Source: Archaeoglobaceae archaeon (lineage in GTDB: Archaea; Halobacteriota; Archaeoglobi; Archaeoglobales; Archaeoglobaceae). From it: DNA of 64,000 nt. The notes below the pieces were generated by a model that worked only from the letters and a program-made list of their open reading frames with translations, had not been told where the DNA came from and made no database searches. Location of the stretch: contig WAKM01000012.1 of NCBI GenBank assembly GCA_015523335.1, positions 1,714-65,713 on the forward strand, in the 5' to 3' direction. Shown piece by piece: positions 49,293 to 59,999 of this stretch; within the stretch, counting starts at the first letter, position 1, and each line of letters starts with the position of its first letter. The translations under genes were made by a program, and so were the position numbers.

Positions 49293-49937
49293 ATGTTCGA
49301 TCTTCACATCCATTCCATTTATTCCGACGGAACGGCAAACGTAGATGAGATAGCAAGGAAAGCCAAGGAGACGGGGATGAAGGTCATAGCGATCGTCGAT
49401 CACTCCGTAGAGCACAGGTTGGGGATGGATGAAGGTAAAGCAAAGCAGAGGCAGGCTGAGATTGAGGAAGCCATGGACAGATACGATATAAAGATTTTGA
49501 GCGGTATCGAATGCGGGATTCTTCCGGACGGAGAGATACAGCTTCCGAATTTTGAATTCGATTTGGTAATAGCATCTATCCACGATTTTCTTTCGGTCGA
49601 TGAATACTACCACAGAATTGAGCGTTGTTTGGAGAAGTTTGGAGACATCGTGGACGTTTTGGGACACCTCCATTCGGAAAGATTCGGCTCAGCTGGAAGG
49701 GATTTCGTGCGGGATGTTGAGATAATTGACCTTCTTCTCGAAACGGACATTGCAATAGAGATAAACACGACGCATATGGCTCCGCCTTTGGATTTCCTGG
49801 AGATGTGCTCCGGAAAACCAATCAAGTATTCCGTAGGGAGCGATGCCCACACCCTTGAAAAAGTTGGAGACGTGAAGTGGGGTTTCGAGATCGCGAGAAG
49901 GTATTTGAGGAAAGGAGAACCGATAGTTAAAATTTAA
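49293..49937 (+). CDS. PHP-domain phosphoesterase
   Basis: DLHIHS.YSDG, DH, GIE, SIH, GH, GSDAH. Confidence 0.92.
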   Translation: MFDLHIHSIYSDGTANVDEIARKAKETGMKVIAIVDHSVEHRLGMDEGKAKQRQAEIEEAMDRYDIKILSGIECGILPDGEIQLPNFEFDLVIASIHDFLSVDEYYHRIERCLEKFGDIVDVLGHLHSERFGSAGRDFVRDVEIIDLLLETDIAIEINTTHMAPPLDFLEMCSGKPIKYSVGSDAHTLEKVGDVKWGFEIARRYLRKGEPIVKI

Positions 49938-50580
49938 CTGTTTTCCTGAGCTCCAAATCGAGCAGAATCATCGAAACCGTTGCAATTCCCAATGAAAAAG
50001 CGAGCAAACACCTCGAAACGTTCTCGTTAAACGGGTATGCGAGCACCGACGTTAGGTAAAACATCATAAAAACCAGAAAAGCGAGTAAGGAAGGTCTCAT
50101 GTTAACGGGGTCGACTATCAGATTGAGCACTCTGATGTATCTCGCAAGTTTTAGCAGTATTACGGATATCACAAGCGCCAGTATGGCTATGGCAACGTCA
50201 ACCGCGAACGGCGGAATACCTATCTTTTCTTCAAACACGATCCAAAGCACGGTTATGTAAAAGGGTATGTTTACGCAATCCTTGCAGAAAGTGATCGTTG
50301 CGGCCGATTTCAGTATTGTATTCAGCAAAACCACGTTGAAGATCAGAACATAAAGCACGGAGACCAGATTAACGAAAGGTTCGAGATACTTCAACTGCTG
50401 AACTAAAACTATCGCCTTCGCAATCATTATAGTCGCCAAAGCGGATAGGGCGTGAAAAGTCTCCTTAACCTTCCAATTTAGGTTCAGAACGTCGGATTTA
50501 ATTACGATGGAATAATTTATGAACGCAATCACGAACCCAATTACACATATTATCATTACAATTATTGATACTATTCCCAT
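49927..50580 (-). CDS. Multi-pass membrane protein of unknown function
   Basis: About 7 hydrophobic segments; start ATG 50580 avoids overlapping leuC. Confidence 0.7.
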   Translation of the reverse strand: MGIVSIIVMIICVIGFVIAFINYSIVIKSDVLNLNWKVKETFHALSALATIMIAKAIVLVQQLKYLEPFVNLVSVLYVLIFNVVLLNTILKSAATITFCKDCVNIPFYITVLWIVFEEKIGIPPFAVDVAIAILALVISVILLKLARYIRVLNLIVDPVNMRPSLLAFLVFMMFYLTSVLAYPFNENVSRCLLAFSLGIATVSMILLDLELRKTVKF

Positions 50581-50651
50581 TGTTGTGCAGTGATATATGC
50601 TCTTAATTAGCTTTTCGAAAGTGATTTTATCCATGCGAAAAACTGACACCC

Positions 50652-51899
50652 ATGGGTAAGACGATTGCAGAAAAGATACTGAGCGAAAAGAGCGGAAAAG
50701 ACGCTTACGCCGGAGATTTAGTTGTTGCAAAGATCGATCAGATTGCATTACAAGACGGAACGGCTCCGCTCGCTATAAAAAGGATAAAGGAGTTGAACAG
50801 GCAGATTGAGGCGGCAAACAGAACGCATTTCTTCGTCGATCACGCGGCTCCCTCGCCGAGAAAAGAGTTGAGTAACGACCAGAAACTGATAAAGGAATTT
50901 GCAAAAGAGATTGGAGCGGACTTCAACCCGCCGGGAGAAGGAATAATCCACCAACTCATGGTCGAGAGATACGTCAATCCCGGAGATTTAGCCGTCGGAG
51001 CGGACAGTCACACCTGCACATACGGAGCTCTTGGAGCTTTCTCAACCGGAATGGGCTCTACGGATATAGCCGTAGCCGTAGTTCTGGGCAAAAACTGGTT
51101 CAGGGTTCCGGAAACCTTCAGAATCGAGATAAACGGCAAATTACCAAAGGGAGTCTTTGCTAAAGATTTGATTCTCCACATAATCGGCAAGTTGGGTGTT
51201 GACGGAGCGACATACAAGGCTCTGGAGTTCCACGGCGACACAGTTAATGCGATGGACATGGACTCCCGTCTCACTATGGCTAACATGGTCGTCGAGTGCG
51301 GAGCGAAGGTGGGTCTTTTCAAGACGGACGAAGTTACAAGGAGGTTTTTGGCGGAAAGAGGTAGAGAAGATAAATTTAGGGAGATAAAGCCTGATGAAGA
51401 TGCGGAATACGAGAAAGAACTTTACTTCGATGCGGACATCGAGCCGATGGTTGCGAAACCCCATAACGTCGATAACGTCGTAAGCGTTGGCGAAGTCGAA
51501 GGAACGAAGGTGGATCAGGTTTACATTGGAACGTGCACAAATGGCAGGCTTTCGGATATAGAGGTAGTTGCCAAGATGCTTAAGGGAAGAAAAGTCGCTG
51601 AGGACGTTAGGCTTATCGTAGCTCCAGCGAGCAGAGAGATCTATCTGAAAGCTATGGAACTCGGATACCTCAAGGTGATCGTCGAAGCCGGAGGAGTTGT
51701 GATCCCGCCCGGCTGTGGACCTTGCGTTGGAATACACATGGGCGTTCTTGCGGACGGAGAGGTCTGCATCTCAACGCAGAACAGGAACTTCAAGGGTAGG
51801 ATGGGAAATCCGAACGCCTTCATATACTTAGCTTCCCCAGCAACAGCTGCCGCTTCAGCTATAAAGGGAGAGATTGCTGATCCGAGGGAATTCCTATAA
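50652..51899 (+). CDS. leuC: 3-isopropylmalate dehydratase / homoaconitase-family large subunit
   Basis: DH, GIIHQ, DSHTCTYG, GTCTNGR, CGPCVG, STQNRNFKGRMG. Substrate (LeuC vs HacA) not resolved. Confidence 0.88.
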   Translation: MGKTIAEKILSEKSGKDAYAGDLVVAKIDQIALQDGTAPLAIKRIKELNRQIEAANRTHFFVDHAAPSPRKELSNDQKLIKEFAKEIGADFNPPGEGIIHQLMVERYVNPGDLAVGADSHTCTYGALGAFSTGMGSTDIAVAVVLGKNWFRVPETFRIEINGKLPKGVFAKDLILHIIGKLGVDGATYKALEFHGDTVNAMDMDSRLTMANMVVECGAKVGLFKTDEVTRRFLAERGREDKFREIKPDEDAEYEKELYFDADIEPMVAKPHNVDNVVSVGEVEGTKVDQVYIGTCTNGRLSDIEVVAKMLKGRKVAEDVRLIVAPASREIYLKAMELGYLKVIVEAGGVVIPPGCGPCVGIHMGVLADGEVCISTQNRNFKGRMGNPNAFIYLASPATAAASAIKGEIADPREFL

Positions 51900-53513
51900 T
51901 TTTTCGTATCTTTTAACCTCTATCGCGTATCCCCTATCCACTTCGACCATTTCGATTCCAGTCATGATCGCCCTTCCGACTCCGATGAGTTCGTCGTTGT
52001 GGAAGACCACTATATCGTTCGGTCTTATCCTTTCGTCGGCATTCTTAACACCGACGGCGAAGATCGTCCCTTTAGGCTCAAAGTTGTCTATTCTGACGGT
52101 ATAAGCATTTTTCTCAAGCATTAGCTTAGCCAAAGGCATGTATACGTCGAGCATACCGTAATTGACGTCAATCCTCGCGATTCTATTCTTTCCTTTAAAC
52201 AGCTCAAGATTAGGATACCTGCCTCTCACCTTCAAATTATCTCCGAGCTCGGACAACTCTATTCCGAACTGATACCTGAGCATGTGTTCGAAAATCGATA
52301 GGTATAGATCGAAGTCGCGTTTGGCAACACCTTCCAAAGCCCTTCTCAGATTCTTTAGGGATTTTTGTGAAGTAACTTCTCCTTCAGCCGTGAAGATAAC
52401 ATCAATCCCTAAGCTCTCCACCACCTTCCTATATCCGCCTTCGACGTGGGCTATTATCACCTCGAACTCGCCTTTCCCGATAAACCCGGCAAGTCTTTCG
52501 GCAACGAACCTTATTTCGTCTCCGCTCCAGTAGCCCGTGACGGGAACATCGTAATTTATCGCCGGATAAGTCAGCTCGAAAACCCTCGGAACGACTAAGG
52601 GGGAAGAAACGATTATCTCCTCCACACCCTTCAGCAAATCGCCCAAATGAGATCGAATCTTAGAATGGGATCTGGAAAGCATGTAGGGTTTCCTCGCGGA
52701 GCAGGGTAAGATCAGCAATACCTCGCTCTTCGGCTTGTAAGCATCGATAGCCCTCTCAAAAAACGTGGAAACTTCGTATCTGCTGAAAGAATCCTCGCTC
52801 GTCGGAGTCAGCTTCGATTTCTTGAATATGGCACAGTATCGCTTGAAGAATTCCGAGTTTTCGTCTCCAATCCTCAGCATCGCCGTAAGCTCCGGATCGA
52901 ACTTCGCATGAGCCTCTACAAAGTTCCTTAAATTCTCGCTTCTGATCTGCTCTTTGATAAGATCGATCTGTCTTCTCAGAACAGCGGTGTTGTGCTTAGC
53001 GATTAGCTCTTCGTCCATATCCTTAACACTATGGTTTCGACATATCTCGCAGTTGCACGGAAGGGACTTGAGGGATTTAAGCTCGAACTCGCAGTTTTCT
53101 AACATGTATATCCCTTCGTAAGCCTTGACGATCGGCAGTATGTTGTCCACGATGTCCACTCCGAAGTAAACGAGCAGAGGAAGGTTTTTCGGTGTTGCCA
53201 AAGCCGGAGTATAGAGAGGCTTAAAGCTACCATCTCTAAGCTCTATCAAAGTTTCGACCAGCTTTCTAGGACTTAAAACGCTCAACCCGGTGGCAACTAT
53301 CAAGTTTTCGTCCCTACTCCTCAGAACCTCAAACCTCTTTGAATCTATATCCTTGAGGACGTATGGAGCGATTCCGAAATCGATCCTACTGATCAAATCT
53401 TCGAATTCATACCTCTCAAGAAAATCGATCATGAGAGGAACTTCGAACATCCTTCCGTTAATCTCAAGCTTGCCTATTCTCGCAACTCCGTCCCTCTTCT
53501 CAAGGTTTATCAT
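51894..53513 (-). CDS. arcS: Archaeosine synthase alpha subunit ArcS
   Basis: TGT-like N-terminus, PCSARKPY..SRSH, YDVPVTG.W, C-terminal PUA; coupled to tgtA. Confidence 0.92.
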   Translation of the reverse strand: MINLEKRDGVARIGKLEINGRMFEVPLMIDFLERYEFEDLISRIDFGIAPYVLKDIDSKRFEVLRSRDENLIVATGLSVLSPRKLVETLIELRDGSFKPLYTPALATPKNLPLLVYFGVDIVDNILPIVKAYEGIYMLENCEFELKSLKSLPCNCEICRNHSVKDMDEELIAKHNTAVLRRQIDLIKEQIRSENLRNFVEAHAKFDPELTAMLRIGDENSEFFKRYCAIFKKSKLTPTSEDSFSRYEVSTFFERAIDAYKPKSEVLLILPCSARKPYMLSRSHSKIRSHLGDLLKGVEEIIVSSPLVVPRVFELTYPAINYDVPVTGYWSGDEIRFVAERLAGFIGKGEFEVIIAHVEGGYRKVVESLGIDVIFTAEGEVTSQKSLKNLRRALEGVAKRDFDLYLSIFEHMLRYQFGIELSELGDNLKVRGRYPNLELFKGKNRIARIDVNYGMLDVYMPLAKLMLEKNAYTVRIDNFEPKGTIFAVGVKNADERIRPNDIVVFHNDELIGVGRAIMTGIEMVEVDRGYAIEVKRYEKL

Positions 53514-54960
53514 GTTTGATCACCGCGTTTTCCGGTAGATCCTTCAAAAACTTAAGCCACTTCCCGCTCGCAACTATCACGAATCTCCTATCGCTGTGGT
53601 GATCCAAAAACCTCTTCAAGCCTTGCACGGCGATCTCAAGCGCTTCGTCCTCTAAGAGTTCGGATGGAGGTATCTCCGCATGCCCGGCCGGATAGGATTC
53701 GAGCATCTCTATGGGCACGACACCGAAAGCTGGTCTCAAGTAGAAGTCGGCCAAAACCCCTTCATCCGCCGAGATTATTATCTCATCCTTATCCGGCAGT
53801 TCCACGTTCAGCACCCTTTCGTGATGTCTAAGAACGGCCGGTCTGTAGCAACTCTCAACTCCGGCGTAGAGGAAGGAGTGCTTCATGGACGGATCGTATT
53901 GTTCCAAAAGCCATCCGTATTCCCTTATCTGCCTCCATGCGAACATAAGGTTCGGATGACTTCTGATCCTGCATTCTACGAGCTCGAATAGGTTATCCTC
54001 TTTTATGGCCTGCTTTATCCTCCTTATCTCCTCGAAACTAACCCATAGGTTGTGTTCCGCTATGAGTCTCTGCTTGTCATCATTATCCATTCTCCTAAGT
54101 TCTCCGGGAGTGTATTCCAGACAGATCGGGCAAGAACACGGAAAATATTGCAGTTCTTCAAGCTTCTTCGTTCCGTGCGGTGTTAAATAACGGTCGTCCT
54201 TAGCGTATAAAGCGTATGCCGCGGAATCGAAAAGATCGCAACCTAAAGCAACCGCTAAGGCAAAAACCATCGGATGTCCGGCACCGAAAAGGTGAACGGG
54301 AGCGTATGAAGGAAGGACGGATTTTACTTCCAAGATGATTTTCACGAGATCGTAAAATCTGTAGGTGTCCATCAGCGGAACTATACCGCCTATCGGATAA
54401 ACGTCGCCCCCCATCTTTACTACCTCCTCGGCGCACCTCCTTCTCAAATCCATGTGCGTCGAACCCTGAATCGGCAGAGCCAAAAGCCTGTCTCCTCTTT
54501 CAAGTTTCAGAGCTTCCCTCTCCCTCTGCAGAGTTACCTCGAGATCGCTTAAAGCGGTGCCGTAATCCGCATCGGGCGGAGTCGGAACGTCTAAAGGGAC
54601 GATGATGTCAGAGCCGATGTCTATCTGAAACTTCAGAATCTCCTCATTCGAGATTTCGACATCTCCGTAAACCATAAGCTGGTAGCTACCGCTGTCCGTC
54701 ATCACCGGCATGTCCACTTCCAAAACACCGTGGACACCTTTTTTAATCGCTTTTTCCCTTAGCTCCGGCGTTCGATAAATTATGTATGCGTTCGTAATCA
54801 GAATCTCCGCCCCGAATTTTCTCATGTCCTTAGCCGGAATGAACTCGATGTTCGGATTTATCACCGGCATAAGTGCCGGCGTTTCTATCCTGCCGTGCGG
54901 TGTTTCAAGTCTACCGATTCTGCCCATGGCATCCTTATCTAAGATCTCGAATCTCTGCAT
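53500..54960 (-). CDS. tgtA: tRNA-guanine(15) transglycosylase arcTGT
   Basis: ETPALMPVINP, ITNAY, MTDSGSYQ, HLFGAGHP, DLFDSAAY, CSCPIC..H. Confidence 0.96.
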   Translation of the reverse strand: MQRFEILDKDAMGRIGRLETPHGRIETPALMPVINPNIEFIPAKDMRKFGAEILITNAYIIYRTPELREKAIKKGVHGVLEVDMPVMTDSGSYQLMVYGDVEISNEEILKFQIDIGSDIIVPLDVPTPPDADYGTALSDLEVTLQREREALKLERGDRLLALPIQGSTHMDLRRRCAEEVVKMGGDVYPIGGIVPLMDTYRFYDLVKIILEVKSVLPSYAPVHLFGAGHPMVFALAVALGCDLFDSAAYALYAKDDRYLTPHGTKKLEELQYFPCSCPICLEYTPGELRRMDNDDKQRLIAEHNLWVSFEEIRRIKQAIKEDNLFELVECRIRSHPNLMFAWRQIREYGWLLEQYDPSMKHSFLYAGVESCYRPAVLRHHERVLNVELPDKDEIIISADEGVLADFYLRPAFGVVPIEMLESYPAGHAEIPPSELLEDEALEIAVQGLKRFLDHHSDRRFVIVASGKWLKFLKDLPENAVIKHDKP

Positions 54961-54981
54961 TATTGCCCAATCCGTGGGAGG

Positions 54982-56442
54982 TTATAAAACGTTTAGCAAG
55001 GTCAAAGCGAGGAGGAATTCGATGAAAGATGCGGTAAAAAGCGGGATCAGATAATCTTCACCTAAAATCTTAAAAATGAAGGCTATCGCGAGGGGCAAGT
55101 AAACTATTACGAATCCGGGAATAATCAGAAACACGAGAGCGCTCAGACCGGAATACAGGTCTCTCCTTACGTTCATCTTCTCCGCTATTATCAGCACGAT
55201 GACCGACATCGCAAAAACGGACAGTGTCGTTGACAACTCAATGAAAAAGTCGGGCGTCTTGCCTTTGAACGCGAAGATAACGTTCATAACCCCAACGGAA
55301 ATCAGATAGATCGTTACGACGAGCAAAGTTTTGGCCGTTACAAGAGTTTTAGTCTTAACCGGCAGGATTTTTGTTATACCTTCTTTCTCCAAGCCGTGAA
55401 GTGAGAACGCCACCACGACGAGAAATGCGGAAATGACCACTATAGCCGTCGATACACTTCCGTGTGAAAGAATGAGGGATTCCATTATCGGTAGCAAGAC
55501 CAAGAAGCAAAGCGCCGGAGACCTCGAAATCAGCCTTACGTCCTTCTTAAGGAACGCAACCGTAGGGCTTGAAATTTCAAGCTTCAACTCTACTTCCTCA
55601 ACATCCCATTCGAACTTCGTGAATACTTCAGTTATCTTCGATGTCGCCCACCTCAGCGATAGATACGCCAAAACAGACCAAACAGCTACGCCAAAAAACG
55701 CGTTCGGAGTTCTTACGTTGGATGACAGAAACGCAAAGCAGAACGGATACAGAAACGAGAGTATCTTGCTGTTCGACATCACAAAACTCGAATAGGCTTC
55801 TGCATTCCTATACAACCATCCCATAGCGCTCGCGAACGCGTAGAACGAGAAGAATGCGAAAGCCCACACGACGTAATATAAAATCCTTACTACGCTTTTC
55901 CAACCCGAACCCGTCGTTATCTTCGAGTAGAACAACCTCGAAAGGTATACAACCAACCCGATGGAAAAGCTTTCGGAAACTAAGAGTCCGATTAAAGCCG
56001 GTGCTGACGATACTGGAGATCTGACGATCATCGCAACGAGAAAAACGATTGTAACGGTTGTTATCGGTATGTCGAATATCCTGAAGAAAGTTAAGGATAC
56101 TATCTTCGATACCTCATCTCCGCTGAGGGGTAAAGTGTATAGGATGTCGAAGTTTTGCGTAGCGAACGTTGTGGTAGCTTGAAGGAAGAAGAATGCAAGC
56201 AGGAAAGTGATCATGGCGTAAAATATGACGAAATCCATTACGTTCGATCTGAATGCTGTATAGATCGCCATCACCGACAGCATCAAAGCTAGGAACATCT
56301 TGTTGAGTAGCATCGACCTCTTAGCCGATCTGATGAGTTTTTCCAAGTTCTTCTTATGAGTTCTAACCTCGTATACGGATCTGAAAACCAAATCTCTATA
56401 AAAGTATCCCGAAATTTTCCAAAGTTCCTTAAGAGATGGCAT
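54982..56442 (-). CDS. ABC exporter permease with duplicated ABC-2-like halves
   Basis: About 12 TM segments, LYTLPL and ILPV, KDVRLISR; coupled to the ATPase. Confidence 0.8.
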   Translation of the reverse strand: MPSLKELWKISGYFYRDLVFRSVYEVRTHKKNLEKLIRSAKRSMLLNKMFLALMLSVMAIYTAFRSNVMDFVIFYAMITFLLAFFFLQATTTFATQNFDILYTLPLSGDEVSKIVSLTFFRIFDIPITTVTIVFLVAMIVRSPVSSAPALIGLLVSESFSIGLVVYLSRLFYSKITTGSGWKSVVRILYYVVWAFAFFSFYAFASAMGWLYRNAEAYSSFVMSNSKILSFLYPFCFAFLSSNVRTPNAFFGVAVWSVLAYLSLRWATSKITEVFTKFEWDVEEVELKLEISSPTVAFLKKDVRLISRSPALCFLVLLPIMESLILSHGSVSTAIVVISAFLVVVAFSLHGLEKEGITKILPVKTKTLVTAKTLLVVTIYLISVGVMNVIFAFKGKTPDFFIELSTTLSVFAMSVIVLIIAEKMNVRRDLYSGLSALVFLIIPGFVIVYLPLAIAFIFKILGEDYLIPLFTASFIEFLLALTLLNVL

Positions 56443-57169
56443 CCACGATCTCCTTAATTCCCTCATACTGTCCCGTAAGCTTAAGAAAAACGTCCTCCAA
56501 AGACCCTTCGACACTTGCAAGCTCCTTAAGCTCTTCTATCGTCCCTTCGGCGATTATCCTACCTTTATTTATAACCGCAATTCTGTCGCACAGGCTTTCG
56601 GCTATTTCCATTATGTGCGTGGAAAATAAAACGGCCCCGCTCTTCTCAACATGCCTCTGCATCAGCTCCTTTAGAATCCTCGAAGATCTGGCATCCAAAC
56701 CGTTCAGCGGTTCATCCAAAATGAGAAGGGGAGGATCGTGAATGAGAGCGGAGATAACGGAAACCTTCTGCTTGGTTCCCATGGAAAGAGTGGCAATGGG
56801 TCTGTTCACGAACCTTTCGATACCGAATGCCCTTATCAAGGTCTTAACCTTTTCAACATTTCCAATCCTTCTGACAGATGCCACGAACTCGAAGAACTCG
56901 AGCGGTGTTAGAGATTCGAGAAGCATGAACTCTTCAGGCACGTAGCCTATGAGATTCTTCGTTTCGATGCCTACGGGCTTCCCCAAAACCTCGATTTTGC
57001 CCTCGAAATCTACGAGTCCAACTATTGCTTTTATCGTAGAGCTCTTACCAGCACCGTTCGGTCCGAGTAAGCCGAATATTTCCCCCTCATCAACTCTGAA
57101 AGATACATGATCGACAGCAACTGTATTGCCGTAGCGAACGACGAGATCTTCGACGGTCAATACGGACAT
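56429..57169 (-). CDS. ABC transporter ATP-binding protein
   Basis: GPNGAGKSS, LSMGTKQK, LDEPLNGLD, STH. Confidence 0.94.
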   Translation of the reverse strand: MSVLTVEDLVVRYGNTVAVDHVSFRVDEGEIFGLLGPNGAGKSSTIKAIVGLVDFEGKIEVLGKPVGIETKNLIGYVPEEFMLLESLTPLEFFEFVASVRRIGNVEKVKTLIRAFGIERFVNRPIATLSMGTKQKVSVISALIHDPPLLILDEPLNGLDARSSRILKELMQRHVEKSGAVLFSTHIMEIAESLCDRIAVINKGRIIAEGTIEELKELASVEGSLEDVFLKLTGQYEGIKEIVDAIS

Positions 57170-57201
57170 TGATCTTAAAAAGTTTAAAATTTATAAAAAT
57201 C

Positions 57202-57729
57202 TTACCACTTCTCCCAATGCGTTAGGTATTCTATCGGATACCTCTGCCTCGGCTTCGGGAGCTCATCCGGATATCCTATCGGAATTATCGCCATGGGTCT
57301 CGCGTAAGCTGGGATGTCCAAGATGTCGGAAACTTCGGCTTCATCGAAGGCACCAACCCAAACCGCTCCCAATCCGAGCATGTGGACAGCTAAAAGTATG
57401 TTCTCTATCGCAGCCGTGGCATCTTGCTCCGCGTAAAGCCTCCCCCTGTCTCCGTAAACCCTCATTGAGCGGGGATAATTTGCACAGACAACTACAACTA
57501 CTGGCGCTTCAGCTATAAACATCTGATTTAAAGAAGCCTTAGCGAGCTTGAGCTTTGTAACGGGGTTCTTAACTACTATGAAATCCCTTGCCTGCAAATT
57601 GCCGGCTGAGGGTGCTGCGTTTCCGGCTTCAAGAACCCTTTTAATAATCTCATCCGGAACCTGCTTCGGCTTGAATCTCCTTATGGATACCCTCGTAAAT
57701 ATGGCTTCGAGGCAATTCTCGTATGTCAT
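57202..57729 (-). CDS. Nitroreductase-family flavoprotein
   Basis: [30 protein letters not shown]. Confidence 0.93.
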   Translation of the reverse strand: MTYENCLEAIFTRVSIRRFKPKQVPDEIIKRVLEAGNAAPSAGNLQARDFIVVKNPVTKLKLAKASLNQMFIAEAPVVVVVCANYPRSMRVYGDRGRLYAEQDATAAIENILLAVHMLGLGAVWVGAFDEAEVSDILDIPAYARPMAIIPIGYPDELPKPRQRYPIEYLTHWEKW

Positions 57730-57811
57730 GGGTTAAGCTTGCTCTTCGCGATTAAATAATTTTCAAAAGTGGAATGGAAAATTTTAAAGTCCTTTCGATT
57801 TGCCTACGTTC

Positions 57812-59692
57812 ATGAAACTTCTGCTCATCCATGCCGATTACATCGAATACGAGCCGAAAAAGAAGACCAAGATCGCAGAACCTTTTGGGGGGAAGGGAGA
57901 GCGAGTCGAGGAGGCTTTGGTCGTGTTCACCGCCGTTGAGAAGGGAGACAACGAATTAGTTGTAGATAAAGCCGTTAAGGAAGTTGCGGATGTAGCCAAG
58001 AAGGTTGGAGCTGAAAGGATAGTCGTTTATCCTTACGCTCACCTCTCATCGGATTTAGCCGATCCGGATACCGGAATTAGGATTCTCAAGCTTTTGGCTG
58101 AGAAGCTTTCGAAGGATTTTGAAGTTCATAGAGCCCCGTTTGGCTGGTATAAGTCTTTCAAGATATCTTGCAAAGGACATCCCTTAAGCGAGCTTTCGAG
58201 GGAGATAAGGGCTGAAGAGGTTAAAGCGGAAGTGGAGGAAGAAAAGGAGATAACGGAGGCTTTAAGGGCTGAGGAGAAGGTTAAAAGCTATTGGTATATT
58301 CTTACGCCGGAGAAGGAGCTAATAGAGATAGAAAAGTTCGACTTTACCGGCTACGAAAACCTCAGAAAGTTTGCGAACTATGAAATAGCGAAGAGGAGGG
58401 CTGTGGATAAGATTCCGCCGCACGTGGAATTAATGCGAAGGTTGCAGATCGCAGATTACGAGCCGGCATCTGATTCCGGACATCTGAGATATTATCCCAA
58501 GGGGAGGCTGATTAAGAGTCTTCTCGAGGAGTTCGTTACGCTGAAGTGCATCGAATACGGAGCGATGGAAGTTGAGACGCCGATAATGTTTGACAGAAGT
58601 CATCCAACGCTTAGGAGATATTTGGAAAGATTCCCGGCGAGGCAATACATACTCAAGGGTGATAAAAGGGAGTTCTTCCTTAGATTTGCGGCGTGCTTCG
58701 GACAGTTCTTGATAGCCCACGATTCCGTTATCACATACAAGAACCTTCCGGTCAGACTATACGAATTAACGAGATACTCCTTCAGAAAGGAGCAGAGGGG
58801 TGAATTGGTCGGTTTGAGAAGGCTAAGGGCTTTCACGATGCCCGATATGCATACGATAGTTAAAGATATGAAGCAGGCTAAGGAAGAATTTTTTAGACAA
58901 TACAAGTTGGCCGTGGAAGTTCTGAGGGAGATAGGACTCGAACCGGAAGATTACGAGGTGGCTATTAGGGTTACGAGGGATTTCTACGAGGAGAACAAGG
59001 AATTCGTTCATTCGCTTGTCGACATTCTTAAGAAACCGATACTCGTGGAGATGTGGGATCAGAGGTTCTTCTACTTCGTGCTAAAGTTCGAGTTCAACTT
59101 CGTCGACGCTTTGGATAAGGCTTCAGCGCTTTCGACCGTTCAGATAGATGTTGAGAATGCCGAAAGATACGACATCAGATACGTGGATGAAAAGGGAGAA
59201 AAGAAAAGACCTATAATTCTGCACTGCTCCGCGAGCGGGGCTATAGAGAGATGCATATACGCTTTGCTTGAGAAGGCTCACATGCAGGCTGAAAAGGGAA
59301 TTCTGCCGATGCTTCCGGTGTGGCTTTCCCCGACTCAAGTTAGGGTTATTCCGGTTTCCGAGAGGTATCTTGATAAGGCTATTGAAATTGCCGAAGAACT
59401 GAGAAAACGTAAGATTAGGGTTGACGTTGACGACAGGGACGAAACATTGGCTAAGAAGATAAGAGAAGCTGGAAGAGAGTGGATTCCGTATGTGGCTGTT
59501 GTGGGAGAAGAAGAAATCAGGGGAGGATTTTTGACCGTCACGATCCGAGCGGAATCGACGCTTAAAGAGCAGAGGAAGGTTAGGATGAGCGTCGACGAAC
59601 TGGTGGAGAGGATAAGAAGGGAGTGTGAAGGGAAGCCGTTTAAACCCCTACCCTTGCCTATGTTGCTATCTCAAAGACCTTCGTTCAGATGA
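57812..59692 (+). CDS. thrS: Threonine--tRNA ligase, archaeal type with N-terminal editing domain
   Basis: [52 protein letters not shown]. Confidence 0.97.
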   Translation: MKLLLIHADYIEYEPKKKTKIAEPFGGKGERVEEALVVFTAVEKGDNELVVDKAVKEVADVAKKVGAERIVVYPYAHLSSDLADPDTGIRILKLLAEKLSKDFEVHRAPFGWYKSFKISCKGHPLSELSREIRAEEVKAEVEEEKEITEALRAEEKVKSYWYILTPEKELIEIEKFDFTGYENLRKFANYEIAKRRAVDKIPPHVELMRRLQIADYEPASDSGHLRYYPKGRLIKSLLEEFVTLKCIEYGAMEVETPIMFDRSHPTLRRYLERFPARQYILKGDKREFFLRFAACFGQFLIAHDSVITYKNLPVRLYELTRYSFRKEQRGELVGLRRLRAFTMPDMHTIVKDMKQAKEEFFRQYKLAVEVLREIGLEPEDYEVAIRVTRDFYEENKEFVHSLVDILKKPILVEMWDQRFFYFVLKFEFNFVDALDKASALSTVQIDVENAERYDIRYVDEKGEKKRPIILHCSASGAIERCIYALLEKAHMQAEKGILPMLPVWLSPTQVRVIPVSERYLDKAIEIAEELRKRKIRVDVDDRDETLAKKIREAGREWIPYVAVVGEEEIRGGFLTVTIRAESTLKEQRKVRMSVDELVERIRRECEGKPFKPLPLPMLLSQRPSFR

Positions 59693-59701
59693 GGTGGTAA
59701 G

Positions 59702-59965
59702 ATGGACGAATACAGGGAGAGTTTGATAAAGACGTTCGTTCCGATAGTGTTGGGTTGCATAGCGGGTGTGATCTCATACGTCATCACGGATGGAATCAGA
59801 TCGAGGGATCCCCTCGGAATAATCGTCTTGGTGTTCTCGATATACGTAAACAAGTTTCTGTTACCTAAGCTCGGCGTGAGTTTGGAGGGGAAGGACTGGG
59901 CCGGAATCACATTTATGGCTTTCGCGAGTTGGTATATAGTTTGGACGTTTTTGCTTAACATTTGA
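59702..59965 (+). CDS. Small 3-TM membrane protein, EMC6-like
   Basis: Three TM segments, G..AG..S and KDW..W..LLN pattern; GAGGTGG SD. Confidence 0.6.
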   Translation: MDEYRESLIKTFVPIVLGCIAGVISYVITDGIRSRDPLGIIVLVFSIYVNKFLLPKLGVSLEGKDWAGITFMAFASWYIVWTFLLNI

Positions 59966-59999
59966 AAAAAATTTTATTCCGAATATTATATTCCCCTTT

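Noticed and set aside
57202..57729. Nitroreductase as BluB or a corrin reductase
   Set aside because: Only generic family motifs, and it lies far from the cbi cluster.
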